Source of the DNA: an uncultured Acidobacteriota bacterium
Lineage (GTDB): Bacteria; Acidobacteriota; Thermoanaerobaculia; Multivoradales; DATKCC01
Assembly (NCBI GenBank): GCA_963837945.1
Contig: CAWIQD010000024.1
Coordinates: forward strand, 11,469-75,468
Length of the DNA: 64,000 nucleotides
Reading direction: 5' to 3'
Position numbers and translations under genes: made by a program
The notes under the pieces: model-generated
The model's input: the letters and a program-made list of their open reading frames with translations, nothing else
Databases searched by the model: none
What the model was told of the DNA's origin: nothing
Shown: positions 28,910 through 40,161 of the stretch, piece by piece
Layout of the letters: the number at the start of each line of letters is the position of its first letter
Numbering within the stretch: position 1 is the first letter of the stretch

Positions 28910-30098
28910 CAGAAGAGGAACACCGTCTGGAGGGTGGCGGAGAGGAAGTCGCTCCGGCCGACGCCCGCCTCCCCGGAGCGGAAGACGTCCCGGTCCGAGC
29001 GGTCGTAGCGCAGGTCGAGGCGCACCTGGAGCTCGGGGATCTTGAGCGAGCTGTGGGCGAGGTAGCGGAAGACGCCGTAGAAGCCGCCGCCCACCAGGTA
29101 CTGCGGCGAGACGGTGAGCGAGCGCAGCGTCTGCGCCGTGCCGGTGCGGGCGCCGTCCTGGTCGTCGAGATAATCGGCCCGCACCGTGCCGGCCCAGGGG
29201 CCGCCGAAGCGGTGGTGGACGAAGAGGGTCTGGGCGAGCCAGCGGGCCGTTCCGCCGTCCTCGGCGAGACCCTGCTCGCGGCCGGCGACCGACTCGCCGC
29301 CCCAGACCCAGCTCCGGACCGGCTGGAACAGAAGGGTCCCGACGACGGTCGTGCGGTCGTGACGGGTGTCGTCGGGCTGCTCGGGGCCGTCGATCACGCC
29401 GAGGCCGACGTGGGCGGCGAGCGACGGGCTCCAGAGGCCGTAGAGGGCGAAGGTCTTGGCGTGGTTGTCGTCGCTGTCGAGGTCCCAGCCGTTGGCGACG
29501 ATCGCCCACCCCTCGAGCTCGGGCGAGAAGGCCTGGTGGAGCTGGAGACCGGTGAACTTCACGGGCCGCGCGAAGCCGAAGGTGAAGGACTCGGTCGCCT
29601 GGAGGTTCAAAGGCGCGTCGTCGCGCTCGATGGCGAGCGGCGAGTCGAGCTTGCCGAAGGAGACGTCGAGCCCCGAGACGGCGGCGGGCCGCCAGGTGAG
29701 GATCAGGTTGTCGATCTCGGTCTCGGTGCCGCCCTCGTCGCCCGCCCGTCCTCCTCGAGGAAGGGCGACGGCGCCTCGCGGGCGGTGGTGAGCTGGCCGA
29801 AGACGGTGAAGCGGTCGGTGATCGCCTTGTAGGCGGCGAGCGCCAGGACGCCGGCGGCGAAGCTGTTGTCGTGGGTGTCGCGCTCGTAGGAGAGATCGGC
29901 GACGCCGAAGCCGTTCAGCTGGAGCCGGTGGCTCGAGTCCGAGCCGAAGCCTCCGGCGGCCCGGCCTTCGTCGATCGACTGGGCATTGATCGGGATCTCT
30001 CCCGAGTCCTGCTGGGCGCCGGCCGCGGCCGGCAGGGCGAGCGCGAAGAGAACGCAACCGCTCGCCAGCGCGGCACGGCGCCGGATAGGGTGATGCAT
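28909..30098 (-). CDS. Outer-membrane beta-barrel (porin-like) protein with a signal peptide; apparent frameshift near 29740
   Basis: N-terminus MHHPIRRRAALASGCVLFALALPAAAGA in one frame. The C-terminal barrel ending ...LQTVFLF is in the adjacent frame. The junction lies at a GGGCGGGCG run. Confidence 0.35.
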
Positions 30099-30171
30099 GG
30101 CAACCTCCCGGGTTGTCGTCGGAGCGTGGGACGCTCCGAGCTGTCGAAGATCTGTGCGACGAAACGGGAGG

Positions 30172-30516
30172 TCAGGCGCGCGGCGGCGGGACCGCCGGCT
30201 CTCGGCAGGGGGCCGGTCCGGCGACCAGACGAAGGGGAGTCACCGGCTCCGCCACCACCGGTGCGGCGGTCCAGGCGAGGCTCGGGAGGACCGCCGGGGG
30301 CGCCGCCACCGATCCCAAGGGGAGCTGGGGCGGCGGGCAGTCGCTCAGGTGCGGAGCGCCCATGGCGCGCGCCCGGGCGCAGCGCAGGGCGCAGGCGGTG
30401 TCCATGCCGCCCATCCGGCAGCACGGCGCGAGGCGGAAGGTCGCGGGGGCGACGGCCACGCTCGCCAGGACGGGAAGCAGCAGGCTCGCGACGAGGAGGA
30501 GGGAAGCGAACCGCAT
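30172..30516 (-). CDS. Possible small secreted Cys-rich protein (114 aa)
   Basis: Convincing signal peptide MRFASLLLVASLLLPVLASVAVA followed by a CC...C..C pattern. Weak ribosome-binding site. Could be spurious in this high-GC background. Confidence 0.2.
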   Translation of the reverse strand: MRFASLLLVASLLLPVLASVAVAPATFRLAPCCRMGGMDTACALRCARARAMGAPHLSDCPPPQLPLGSVAAPPAVLPSLAWTAAPVVAEPVTPLRLVAGPAPCREPAVPPPRA

Positions 30517-30603
30517 CGGTCGAAGGATATCAGGGGCCGCCGGGAGGGTCCCGCGGCCACCCGATGAGTCCCGGCGGGCCCGGGAGCGGTTCAGGGCCCG
30601 TCC

Positions 30604-31407
30604 TCACTCCCCCGGGTCGGGGACGAGGAGGCGCTCGACCGAGCGGGCGTGGCCGGTCGACTCGTCGACGTCGACCACGGCGGCGGCCAGGCGGACGTCG
30701 TGCTTGGCCACCTGGAAGGGCGCCGGGGTGCCGGTCAAGAAGCGGTGGAGCACCTTGTCCGGGCGCATGCCGATGATCGACTCGTACGGGCCGGTCATGC
30801 CGACGTCGGTGACCAGGGCGGTGCCGCCGGGCAGCACGCGCTCGTCGGCGGTGGGCACGTGGGTATGGGTGCCGAAGACCGCCGAGACCCGGCCGTCGAG
30901 GTAGAAGGCGATCGCCTGCTTCTCGCTGGTCGCCTCGGCGTGGAAGTCGACGATCACGACACGCGGGGCCGGCTGGCGCGCGGCGAGGTCCGCGAGGATC
31001 CGGTCGGCGGTGCGGAAGGGGTCGTCGAGCGGGTCCATGAACACCCGCCCCTGGAGGTTGATGACGGCCACCGGCACGCCGGCCGGGGTCTCGCCGACGT
31101 GGACGCCGACGCCGGGGTTGCCCGCCGGGTAGTTCGCGGGGCGCAGCAGGGCGCGGCCCGAGCGGCGCGCGAGCAGGTCGCCGACCTCCTTCTTGTCCCA
31201 GATGTGGTTGCCCGAGCTGTAGCAGTCGATCGGTAGCTCCTCGAGCTCGGCGAGCACGCCGGCGGTGACCCCGAAGCCGCCGGCGGCGTTCTCGACGTTG
31301 ACGATCACGTAGTCCGCGCGGTGGCGATCGATCAGGCCGTCGAGCAGGCGGGCGAGGACGCGCCGGCCCGGCTTGCCGATGACGTCGCCGACGAAGAGGA
31401 CGTTCAT
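30604..31407 (-). CDS. ymdB: YmdB-like 2',3'-cyclic-nucleotide metallophosphoesterase (TIGR00282 family)
   Basis: MNVLFVGDVIGKPGR...NVENAAGGFG...GNHIWDKKE. Confidence 0.8.
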   Translation of the reverse strand: MNVLFVGDVIGKPGRRVLARLLDGLIDRHRADYVIVNVENAAGGFGVTAGVLAELEELPIDCYSSGNHIWDKKEVGDLLARRSGRALLRPANYPAGNPGVGVHVGETPAGVPVAVINLQGRVFMDPLDDPFRTADRILADLAARQPAPRVVIVDFHAEATSEKQAIAFYLDGRVSAVFGTHTHVPTADERVLPGGTALVTDVGMTGPYESIIGMRPDKVLHRFLTGTPAPFQVAKHDVRLAAAVVDVDESTGHARSVERLLVPDPGE

Positions 31408-31715
31408 CGGAGGGGTTTCCTCCGCCTCAGGCTGTCAGAGCTGTCGCGCTGCAACCTGGGCTGCACCCGCCTCGCGCAGAGGCGCAGAGGCGCAGAGGCG
31501 CGGTTCCGTCGGGAAGGTCATGGACGAGTCGATGGATACCATGCGGGATCCGAGGTGCACCGAAGATCAGGAGCAGGCATGTGTCGCTTCACCTCGTGGC
31601 CTCGTGTCGTGTGCTCGATTGCGATGACCGTTCCTCCTCTGCATCTCTGCGTCTCCGCGCCTCTGCGCGAGCAGCTCGTCGCTCGAGCCGTGCAAGATGT
31701 GCGGCACGGAAAGGG

Positions 31716-33278
31716 CTACCTCGCATACTCGATCGACCGGGTCTCGCGGATCACGTTGACCTTGATCTGGCCCGGGTAGGTGAGCTCGGACTCGATCTTC
31801 TTCGCCACGTCCTTCGACAGCATGATCGCCTCCTCGTCCGAGATCCGGCCGCTGTCGACGATGATCCGGATCTCCCGGCCGGCCTGGATCGCGAACGTCT
31901 TCTGCACGCCCTTGAAGCCGGCGGCGATCTCCTCGAGCTTCTCGAGCCGCTTGACGTAGGTCTCGAGCACCTCCCGGCGCGCCCCGGGGCGGGCGGCCGA
32001 CAGCGCGTCGGCGGCGGTGACCAGGATCGCCTCGACGGTCTCCGGGTCGTAGTCGCCGTGGTGGCAGGCCATCGCGTGGACCACCTCGTCGGTCTCGCCG
32101 TAGCGCCGGAGCAGGTCCATGCCGATCTCGAGGTGGGTGCCGTCGACCTCCCGGTCGACCGCCTTGCCGACGTCGTGGAACAGCCCGGCGCGGCGCGCGA
32201 CCTGGACGTTCGCCTTGAGCTCGCCCGCCATGATGCCGGCGAGGAAGGCGACCTCCTTCGAGTGGTGGAGCACGTTCTGCCCGTACGACGTCCGGAAGCG
32301 CAGGCGGCCCATGAGCTTGACCAGCTCGGGATGGACCTCGGGGATGTTGAGCTCGAGCATCGCCGACTCGCCCTCCTCGACGATCAGCTCCTCGAACTCC
32401 GCCTTGACCTTCTCCACCACCTCCTCGATCCGGGCCGGGTGGATCCGGCCGTCGGCGATCAGGCGCTCGAGCGCCACCCGCGCGATCTCGCGGCGGAAGG
32501 GGTCGAAGCCGGACAGGATGACCGCCTCGGGGGTGTCGTCGACGATCAGGTCGATGCCGGTGGCGGCCTCGAGCGCCCGGATGTTGCGCCCCTCGCGGCC
32601 GATGATGCGGCCCTTCATCTCGTCGGACGGCAGGACCACGACCGAGACGGTCGTCTCCGAGACGTAGTCCGAGGCGGAACGCTGCACCGCCATGCCGATG
32701 ATGCGCTGGGCGTGGCGCTGCGCCTGCTCGCGCGCCTCGTCCTCGATCCGCTTGACCGCGTGGGCGGCGTCCATCCGAGCCTCGTTCTCCATGACCCGGA
32801 TGAGCTCGTCCTTGGCCTGCTGGGCGGTGAGCCCCGCGATCTGCTCGAGCTTGCCCCGTTCCTCGGCGAGCAGCGAGTCGATCTCCTGCTGCCGGCGCGC
32901 CGAGAGGCGGTCGCGCTCCTGAACCTCGCGCTCGCGCGTCTGGGCCTCCCGCTCCCGCGTGTCGAGCTGGTCGAGCCGCTTGTCGAGGGTGTCTTCCTTC
33001 TGGGTGAGCCGGCGCTCGAGCGCCTCGAGCTCGTCGCGCCGCTTGCGCGACGCCCTCTCGAACTCGCTGCGCGCCTGGAGCAGCTTCTCCTTGGCGACGA
33101 TCTCCGCCTCGCGCAGCCTCGAGTCGCTCGAGCGCTCCGCCTCCTCGAGGATCTTCGCGGCCTGGCGGCGCGCACGAGCGTTCACGCGCTTCGCCTGCCG
33201 GCGGAGCACGAGCCACCAGAGCAACGGAATCGCGACCACCAGGGCGATCGCGATCCCCATCAGTACGGTGCTATCCAA
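31716..33278 (-). CDS. rny: Ribonuclease Y (N-terminal TM helix, KH domain, HD domain)
   Basis: Coiled-coil region, KH motif [15 protein letters not shown] and HD motif VLHHSKEVA...HDVGK. Start is TTG at 33278 or ATG at ~33260. Confidence 0.9.
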   Translation of the reverse strand: MDSTVLMGIAIALVVAIPLLWWLVLRRQAKRVNARARRQAAKILEEAERSSDSRLREAEIVAKEKLLQARSEFERASRKRRDELEALERRLTQKEDTLDKRLDQLDTREREAQTREREVQERDRLSARRQQEIDSLLAEERGKLEQIAGLTAQQAKDELIRVMENEARMDAAHAVKRIEDEAREQAQRHAQRIIGMAVQRSASDYVSETTVSVVVLPSDEMKGRIIGREGRNIRALEAATGIDLIVDDTPEAVILSGFDPFRREIARVALERLIADGRIHPARIEEVVEKVKAEFEELIVEEGESAMLELNIPEVHPELVKLMGRLRFRTSYGQNVLHHSKEVAFLAGIMAGELKANVQVARRAGLFHDVGKAVDREVDGTHLEIGMDLLRRYGETDEVVHAMACHHGDYDPETVEAILVTAADALSAARPGARREVLETYVKRLEKLEEIAAGFKGVQKTFAIQAGREIRIIVDSGRISDEEAIMLSKDVAKKIESELTYPGQIKVNVIRETRSIEYAR

Positions 33279-33279
33279 C

Positions 33280-33588
33280 GTGCCACCCCCTCGTCCTGCC
33301 GGGATGGGGGTGCGGGTGGTCCGGAGCTTCCTCCGTCACGTGGAGGGATAAATGAGCTGCATCCCCCGCGCAGCCGTGTGGACTGCCGCGCCTAGAACCT
33401 TAAGCGCCAAGTGGGTGTCCGCGCCACCGGCCATCAGCGTCCCCGTTCGAGCGGGGCTGGCACAGTCCGGCGGGTGAAGACTCCCTAGTTGTATATGTTG
33501 GTTCTACCATGGGTTGGCCCATCACGAACCACGCAGGGGATGCAAACTCTTCGACCTTCGTCATATCTCTAGGACGGCCACCGGTGGA
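33280..33588 (-). ncRNA. Candidate non-coding RNA region between zapA and rny (possibly 6S/SsrS-like by synteny)
   Basis: A ~310-nt intergenic region with locally reduced GC (...CTAGTTGTATATGTTGGTTCTACCATGG...). 6S RNA commonly lies immediately downstream of zapA. No structure verified. Confidence 0.2.
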
Positions 33589-33882
33589 TCAACCTCGAGC
33601 TGCCTCGGTCAATTCCCCGGCGAGCGCCGCCACCTTCTCCTGGATCTCGACCCGTTCCCCTTCCGACAAGCGCTTGGTCTGGAACAGTTCGTCCGCCAAG
33701 TTGAGAGCCGCCAGGATCGCGATCTTGGCCGTGTCCACCGTCGAGACCTTCTCGGAGATCTCACGCATCTTCCGATCGACGACGGCCGCCAGCTCCTGGA
33801 GGTACTCCTGATCGTCGCTCCCGCGTACAGGATAGACCGAGCCGAAGATCTCGATGTCCGTCGTCTGAGGCTCGTGCGCCAT
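33589..33882 (-). CDS. zapA: Cell division protein ZapA
   Basis: MAHEPQTTDIEIFGSVYPVRG...AKIAILAALNLADEL is the ZapA fold signature. Start is at the internal Met 33882. Confidence 0.75.
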   Translation of the reverse strand: MAHEPQTTDIEIFGSVYPVRGSDDQEYLQELAAVVDRKMREISEKVSTVDTAKIAILAALNLADELFQTKRLSEGERVEIQEKVAALAGELTEAARG

Positions 33883-34063
33883 ACGCCGAGAGTCCTTCCC
33901 CGCCCGCCAAGTGTCGAGCTGACAGGGACTTGTCCGATAGGCACTATAGCACAGGCGGGGGCTCCCCGAAGAGGCCTCCGGGCGAGGGCGGAGCGGGCTG
34001 TGGCGGCCGCGCGGCGCCCGGCGGCCCGGGACCGGAGAGGTCACCGGGCGCCTCCCGCCACGG

Positions 34064-36213
34064 CTACGACCCCGAGACGACGAAGGGGATCGAGGCTTTC
34101 GCCGACTGGCCCTGGATGCTCGCCACCAGGGTGTACTCGCCGGCCGCCAGGCCGTTCGGCTGGAGCTTCAGGACGAGCTGGGTCTCGTCCGCGGTCGCCG
34201 CCGGGGTCCGTCCGACGAAGGAGATCGTCGGTCCCTTCACCACCTGGCCGTCGGCGCCCCGGAACTCGGTCTCGAGCGGGATCGAGCCGTCGCCCAGGTT
34301 GTAGCCGACGAGGACGAACTGGGCCTCGCCGTTCGGGGTGACCACCGGCCTGGCGGCGGGCATGAAGGGTTTGCCGTCGACGACGAACGGGAAGGGGCGC
34401 TTGGCCCGCTCCTCGCTCCCCGCCGCCTCCTGGACCTTGAGCCACTTGTCGCTCGGCTCGGGGAAGAGCGGCATCGCGAGCATCGGCGCGCCGGCGCCGA
34501 ACTCGGGAACGGTCAGGGGCATCGAGCGGGTGCTCGTGCGTCCGGTCTGGGCGTCGCGCACCAGGACCCGGAGCTGGTACTGGCCGGCCGGCACGTCGAG
34601 GTCGCCGAAGAACTTGATGCCGCTTTCGGCGATCGCCGGCCGTACCTTGGTCAGGTCGAGGCCGATGTTCTGCGACAGGAAGTCCGCCACGGTCCCGTCC
34701 TGGGCGATGGCGTAGGCGTAGAGCTCCAGGAACAGCTTGTCGCCCTTGGTCTGGGCGAGCACCTTCGGGCCGTCGATCTCGACGATCACCGGCACGTAGC
34801 CGCGGCCGGCCTCGGCGTGGAAGGGGGCCGCCAGCACCGAGGTCTGGAGCGCGCCCGCGTGGTCGCCCGAGAGGATCTCGTCCGCCGCCTCGAAGCGCTT
34901 TTCGAGCGGGCTGCGCTGGTCGAACGGCTTGGGAGCGTAGAAGCCCGGCCGGTAGACCACGCGGGTGCCGCGCGGCGCGTGCTTGAGCTCGACGCGCAGC
35001 TTGTGGAAGTCGCCGTCGAGCTTCAAGTCTTCGGGCTGGAAGGAGAGCACGTAGGTGACCGAGGTGCGCTGGAGCATCTCGCCCATCGCCGCGCCCAGGT
35101 CGTTGAAGTTGCGGTACATCTCGCCGCCGGTCTGGTTGGCCATCATGAACAGGCTGTCCTGGCCGCTGGCCTGGCCTGGGCGTCGCGCCCGGCGCGCAGG
35201 CCGCCGATGTCCACCGCTTCGATCGTGCAGTCGGAGCGCCGGAACTCCTCGAGCATCTTCTCGACCGCGCTCAGGGTGCCGGTCGAGCCGTAGCGCTCCT
35301 CGGAGTCGACCCGCCAGGTCTCCCCGGCGTTGACCTGGGCCGCGATCTCCATCTGGCGCTTGGCGTCCTGGCTGCCGGTGACGACCGAGGCGTCGAACCC
35401 CTCGGAGAGGTAGACGACGTACTTGCGCCCCTCGGCCTCGTGGAGGACCTTCGCCAGGTCCTCGAACGCCGTGGTCAGGGCCGCGACCCGGCCCTGCGCC
35501 TCGCCCCGGTCGGCCCGGTTGAAGCCGATCGAGAGATCCTGGATGTTGGCGGCGAACTCGGCGTCCCCGGAGACTCCGCCCTTCCCCTGGATGCCGCCGC
35601 TCTGGGCCCCCGGGCCGCCGTGGGTGAGCTCGGGGTCGTAGACCAGGGCGAGCGGGTCGGCAGCGGCCTTGCGGTACTGCGGCAGGCCCAGGGTCTGGAT
35701 CGCCGCTTCGATCTGCTGGCGATCGCTGGTGAAGCCGAGGACGAGCTGGAGCGAGCGCTGGCTCGAGTAGGTGGCGACCGCCACCAGGTCCGACGGATGG
35801 AGGCGGGTGCTCACCAGGTGCTCGGCCGCCTCCCGCGCCTTGGTCACGGCCGTCGGGTCCGAGTAGGTGAAGTCGAAGAGCATCAGGAAGTGGCGCCGCG
35901 CCGAGAGCGGGACCTGGTCGAGCGGCAGGCTCTTGTCCGGTCCGTACTCCTTGAGGTCGACCATGTCGAAGCCGGTGATCTTCTGCTGCTTGCGCCCGTC
36001 GTAGAGCTCGAAGTCGCCGGCGGTCAGCCCGCGGACCGGCTCGCCGTCGTTGATCACCTGCACCGGCACCTCGACGGTGGTCACCTCGACGGTCTCACCG
36101 AACTGCTGGTCCTGCTTGGACTTGCCCCGGTCCTTCTGGGCGAGCAGCGGCGCCGACAGGACCGCTGCGACGACCAGGAAGAGGGCAAGGGACTGCTCGA
36201 GGCTGCGGGTCAT
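34064..36213 (-). CDS. VWA-domain protein (TIGR03436-like, 'VWFA-related acidobacterial domain'), split by a 1-nt frameshift at ~35143-35146 into 356-aa and 360-aa ORFs
   Basis: Collinear with the 741-aa paralog next door. The junction ...DAQARPA / QDSLFMMANQTGGE sits at a GCGG(G)CCAGG run. Confidence 0.55.
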
Positions 36214-36248
36214 GACGGCTCTCCGAATCTCGTTTTGGCGGACCGGTC

Positions 36249-38474
36249 TCAGTTGGGCACGCTGAAGGGGATCGAGCTTCGTCGCTCGAGGCCGCCGCCG
36301 GGCTGCTGAAGCGCGACGTTCAAAGTATACGTCCCGCCGGCCAGGTCGTTCACGCTGAAGCGGGCGACGAGCTTGTCGAGCCCGCCGATTCCGGTCACCG
36401 TCCGCTCGACGAGCTTGAGCTTGCCGCCCTCCACCGGCTGTCCGTTCGAGCCGACCACGGTCCCCGTCAGCTCGACGTCACCCTTGGCGAGGTTGTAGGC
36501 GACCAGGACCAGCTCGTTGTCCTCGCCCGGCTGGATCACCGGCTTGGCGGCGGGGATGTACGGCGACCCGTTGACGGTGAACGGGTAGACGACGCTCTCG
36601 TTGCTGGCGCCCTGCTGCTCGCGCACCAGGAACCAACGCCCCTGGGGCTCGGGGAAGAAGGGGGGCAAGAGCTCGGTCCCGGTGGTGCCGAAGTTCGGCA
36701 CCGTGACCGGCACGCTCTTGACCCCGGTGCGGCCGGTCTGGGTGTTGCGCACCAGGACGCGGACCAGGTAGCTGCCGGGGTCCAGGCTCAGATGGCCATA
36801 GTACTTGAGACCCGTCTCGCTCATCTGGCTGCGGCCCTGGTCCGTGAGATCGAGGCTCACGCGCTGCGAGAAGAAATCCTTCATCTCGCCCTTGTCGTTG
36901 CTCACGTAGGCGTAGAACTCGGCGCTCACGCCGGCGCCCTTGTTGCCGGCCATCAGCTTGCCGCCCGCGACCTCGATGATCACCGGCAGATAGGCGCGGG
37001 TGTCGGTGGCCCGGAACGGCGCGGTCAGCACGTTCACGTCGAGGTCCTCGCGAGGCGCCGCGCTGGCGATGGCGTCCGAGGCGAGGAGGCTCTTCTCCAG
37101 GGGATGGAGGTCCTGGTAGGGGCGCGGAGCGAAGTAGCCCGCGCGGTAGGCGAGCTGCGTGCCGCGGTGCTGATCGCCGTGGCGCAGCTTGACCACCAGC
37201 CGGTGGTAGGCGCCGTCGGGCTCGATGCCCTTGGGCCGGATCGACAGCAGGTAGGTCACCGTCGAGCGCTCGAGCACGTCCTCGAGCTCGGAGCCGAAGT
37301 CGTTGGAGTTCTCGAAGAGCTCGCCGCCGGTCTCGTTGGCCATGTAGAAGAGGGCGTCCTGGCCCACGGTGCGAGCGCGACGGTCCTCCGCCGACTCCGA
37401 GCCCAGGCCGCCGATGTCGACCGCCTGGATCGCGCTGCCCGACCGCTCGAAGGTCTGGAGCATGTCGTTGACCTGGCCCTGGAGCGCGGTGTTGCCGTAG
37501 ATGTCGTCGGTGTCCACGAACTGCGACTGCCCGGTGAGGAGGTTTTGCCGGTCCTCCTGCGCCTTCGGGTCGAACGGGTCGGGACCGCGCCCGAGCATCA
37601 GCCGGCCGTCGAACCCCTCCGAGAACAGGATCACGTTCTTGCGGCCTTCGACCGAGGAGAGGGCGTGGGCGACCTCCTCGAGCCCCGCCGCCCAGGAGCT
37701 CACCCGCCCGCGCTGGTAGCTCTTCTCCCACTTGCCGATCTCTCTGGCGATCACGTGGAGGTACGCCTGGACCTCCTGGTCTCCGAGGCCGGAGAACTTC
37801 CCCTGGTTGTTCTCGCCGCCGGAGAAAGCGGTGCTCGCGACCACCTTGTCCGGGTCGTCGATCATGAAGCGCAGCGGGTCGACCTGCCCCTTCCGGTCCA
37901 GGAGCTGGGGCGCGCCCAGGGTGTCGATCGCCCGTGCGAGCTGGGCCCGGTCGGGCGTGAAGGTGACGAGCAGCCGCGGTCCGAGGTCGATCGAGTAGGT
38001 GGCGACCGCCGCCAGGTCGGTCGGGTGAAGGTAGTCGAGCACGAAGTGCTCGGCGGCCCGTCGCGCCTGGACCACCGCCGCCGGGCTCGAGAAGGTGAGG
38101 TCGAAGAGCAGCAGGAAGTGGCGCCGGGCGGCGGCGGGGACCGCGGCCTCGATCGAGGACGGGCCGCGCAGCATGTCCGGCTCGAGCGCCGCGAGGTCGA
38201 CGACGTCGAAGCTGGTGACGTCCTGCTCACGAGACTGGTCGAACACCTGGAAGTCCTGCTGGGTCAGGCCACGGACCGGCTTGCCGTCGCGCGTGGTGAC
38301 GTTGACCGGGATCTGGACCTCGACGACGTCCGTGGAGCCTTCGAAGGAAGCCTCCTGCGCCCGCGCGGCGGAGACCGCGGGCCCCGCGAGGCCCGCGAGC
38401 AGCACGAGGATCCAACCGATCGGGGAAAGGGGGAGTCGCTTGCCGGACAGATTCATCGCCATGAGTGCCTCCAA
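36249..38474 (-). CDS. VWA-domain protein (TIGR03436-like), intact paralog
   Basis: Signal peptide, a von Willebrand A-like region and a C-terminal beta-rich domain. Tandem paralog of 34064..36213. Confidence 0.6.
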   Translation of the reverse strand: MEALMAMNLSGKRLPLSPIGWILVLLAGLAGPAVSAARAQEASFEGSTDVVEVQIPVNVTTRDGKPVRGLTQQDFQVFDQSREQDVTSFDVVDLAALEPDMLRGPSSIEAAVPAAARRHFLLLFDLTFSSPAAVVQARRAAEHFVLDYLHPTDLAAVATYSIDLGPRLLVTFTPDRAQLARAIDTLGAPQLLDRKGQVDPLRFMIDDPDKVVASTAFSGGENNQGKFSGLGDQEVQAYLHVIAREIGKWEKSYQRGRVSSWAAGLEEVAHALSSVEGRKNVILFSEGFDGRLMLGRGPDPFDPKAQEDRQNLLTGQSQFVDTDDIYGNTALQGQVNDMLQTFERSGSAIQAVDIGGLGSESAEDRRARTVGQDALFYMANETGGELFENSNDFGSELEDVLERSTVTYLLSIRPKGIEPDGAYHRLVVKLRHGDQHRGTQLAYRAGYFAPRPYQDLHPLEKSLLASDAIASAAPREDLDVNVLTAPFRATDTRAYLPVIIEVAGGKLMAGNKGAGVSAEFYAYVSNDKGEMKDFFSQRVSLDLTDQGRSQMSETGLKYYGHLSLDPGSYLVRVLVRNTQTGRTGVKSVPVTVPNFGTTGTELLPPFFPEPQGRWFLVREQQGASNESVVYPFTVNGSPYIPAAKPVIQPGEDNELVLVAYNLAKGDVELTGTVVGSNGQPVEGGKLKLVERTVTGIGGLDKLVARFSVNDLAGGTYTLNVALQQPGGGLERRSSIPFSVPN

Positions 38475-38551
38475 GCCAAGATGGGTACCGCCTGTTCACC
38501 TGCGAAGCTCGATCCTCCACGCCCCCGGCGAGCCGGGCCCACCGGCGGCGC

Positions 38552-39718
38552 TCATCGCCCCTGCCGCGGCGCGCCGAGGAGCAGCGCGGCGAGCTTCCTG
38601 GCTTCGGGGTCGGTGGCGTCCAGCTTCAGCGCCCTCTCGACGTAGTGGAGCGCCGTGTCCCGATCGCCCAGGGCCAGGTAGACCTTGGCGAGACCCACGT
38701 GCACCGCCGGCAGCTCGCTGTTGCGCTCGTACGCCTTACGCATATAGTCCAGCGCGCCCTTCGGATCGTTCTGCGCCAGCGCCTGCTCGCCCCGGTAGAT
38801 GTAGAGGAACGGGTTGGCCGCGTGCTCCTTCTCGAGGCGCGCCAGGAGCCGTTCGGCGTCGGCCCCGCGGCCGAGCGTCTGGTAGGCCCGGGCGCTGTTG
38901 GTCAGCAGGGCGACGCTCGACGGGTTCTCCTCGAGGCCGTGCTCGAAGTCGGCCAGCGCCTCCTCGACCTTGCCCTGGCGCAGCAGCACCACGCCGTGGT
39001 TGTTGATCGCCTTGTCGAAGTCGGGCGCCAGCCGGACCGCCATGCCGGTCAGATCGAGGGCCTCGTCGAGGTCGCCGCGCAGCAGCGCCTCGGCGCCCAG
39101 GTTGTTGAAGTAGTGGGCCGCGGCCTTCAAGTCGTCGATCGGGTTGAAGTCCCGGTAGGACTTGGCCTTGTAGGGCAGGAAGTCGAAGGTCTGGAGCTTG
39201 CCGTCGACCCGCATGCCGGCGACGATGTGACCGTGGCTCACCACCGTCCCCTCGTCGTAGTTCCAGCGCTGGTAGTCCCGGACCTCGACGTAGAACGGGT
39301 TGAGCCGGTAGCGGCGGGCGATGCCGACGAACAGGTTGACGAAGGAGAGGCAGTTGCCCTCCTTCGCCTCGAAGGTCTGGCGGGCGTCGCGCGTCGGCTC
39401 GATCGCGTAGCGCAGGCCGACCCAGCCGAAGATGAAATCGGTCACCTGCTCGGTCCGCCGGGGCTCGCTCGAGGCGGGGTGGACCCGGCCCTCGGTGGCG
39501 GCCAGGATCGAGTCGTCGATCTCGAAGGGCACCGGCAGGCGCGCGGCGTCCTCGGCACCGAGCCGTTCGGTGTACTCTTTTCGGAGGTACTGGACCGAGT
39601 TGAAGGCCCGGGGCGGCGGGAGCTGCGAGCAGCCTGCCGAGAGGGCCGCGAGAGCGAGCAGGGCGAGAGCGCGCCGTCGAGCCGGAGGGTTACGTCGAGT
39701 GGAGGTCCGGAACGCCAT
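38552..39718 (-). CDS. Lipoprotein with a transglutaminase-like domain and TPR repeats
   Basis: Lipobox LSAGCS. The NCLSFVNLFVGIARRY...HGHIVAG pattern is a TGase-like Cys-His core. C-terminal TPRs. Confidence 0.5.
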   Translation of the reverse strand: MAFRTSTRRNPPARRRALALLALAALSAGCSQLPPPRAFNSVQYLRKEYTERLGAEDAARLPVPFEIDDSILAATEGRVHPASSEPRRTEQVTDFIFGWVGLRYAIEPTRDARQTFEAKEGNCLSFVNLFVGIARRYRLNPFYVEVRDYQRWNYDEGTVVSHGHIVAGMRVDGKLQTFDFLPYKAKSYRDFNPIDDLKAAAHYFNNLGAEALLRGDLDEALDLTGMAVRLAPDFDKAINNHGVVLLRQGKVEEALADFEHGLEENPSSVALLTNSARAYQTLGRGADAERLLARLEKEHAANPFLYIYRGEQALAQNDPKGALDYMRKAYERNSELPAVHVGLAKVYLALGDRDTALHYVERALKLDATDPEARKLAALLLGAPRQGR

Positions 39719-40161
39719 CTGGTGAATTGAAGAGTCTACCAGCTCCGGGGGCCTGCAGGAACCTCGCCAGGCGCCCGCCGGCGGCGGACGATCGCCCGGA
39801 CGCCCTGGGGACGGGAGCTGAGACGATTCCGAAGGCCGTCGGCCACGAGGCCGAATCCAAGAGCTTGGATTTCCGGCCTCAAATTTTTGGATTCCGGGCC
39901 GCCCCGCACGCCCCGGAAAGGCGACGCGGAGCGGCCTAACTGGCTCGTTTCGTTACGGTTACGAGGCTCTGTCGCACGAGCCGCCGGGGTGGCAAGTCGA
40001 TTGCTTGACCTGTGGCAGAGTGACCGCTAGACTCAACGCAACCTACACGCGAGACCCGATTTCCGGTCTCTGGCTGGACCGGGGGCAGGAGTGTATGCGG
40101 AACCGACTCGTCGGCCGTCGTGGCGGCGGGGAACTCATGAACCCTGTTAGGAGGAAGACAC

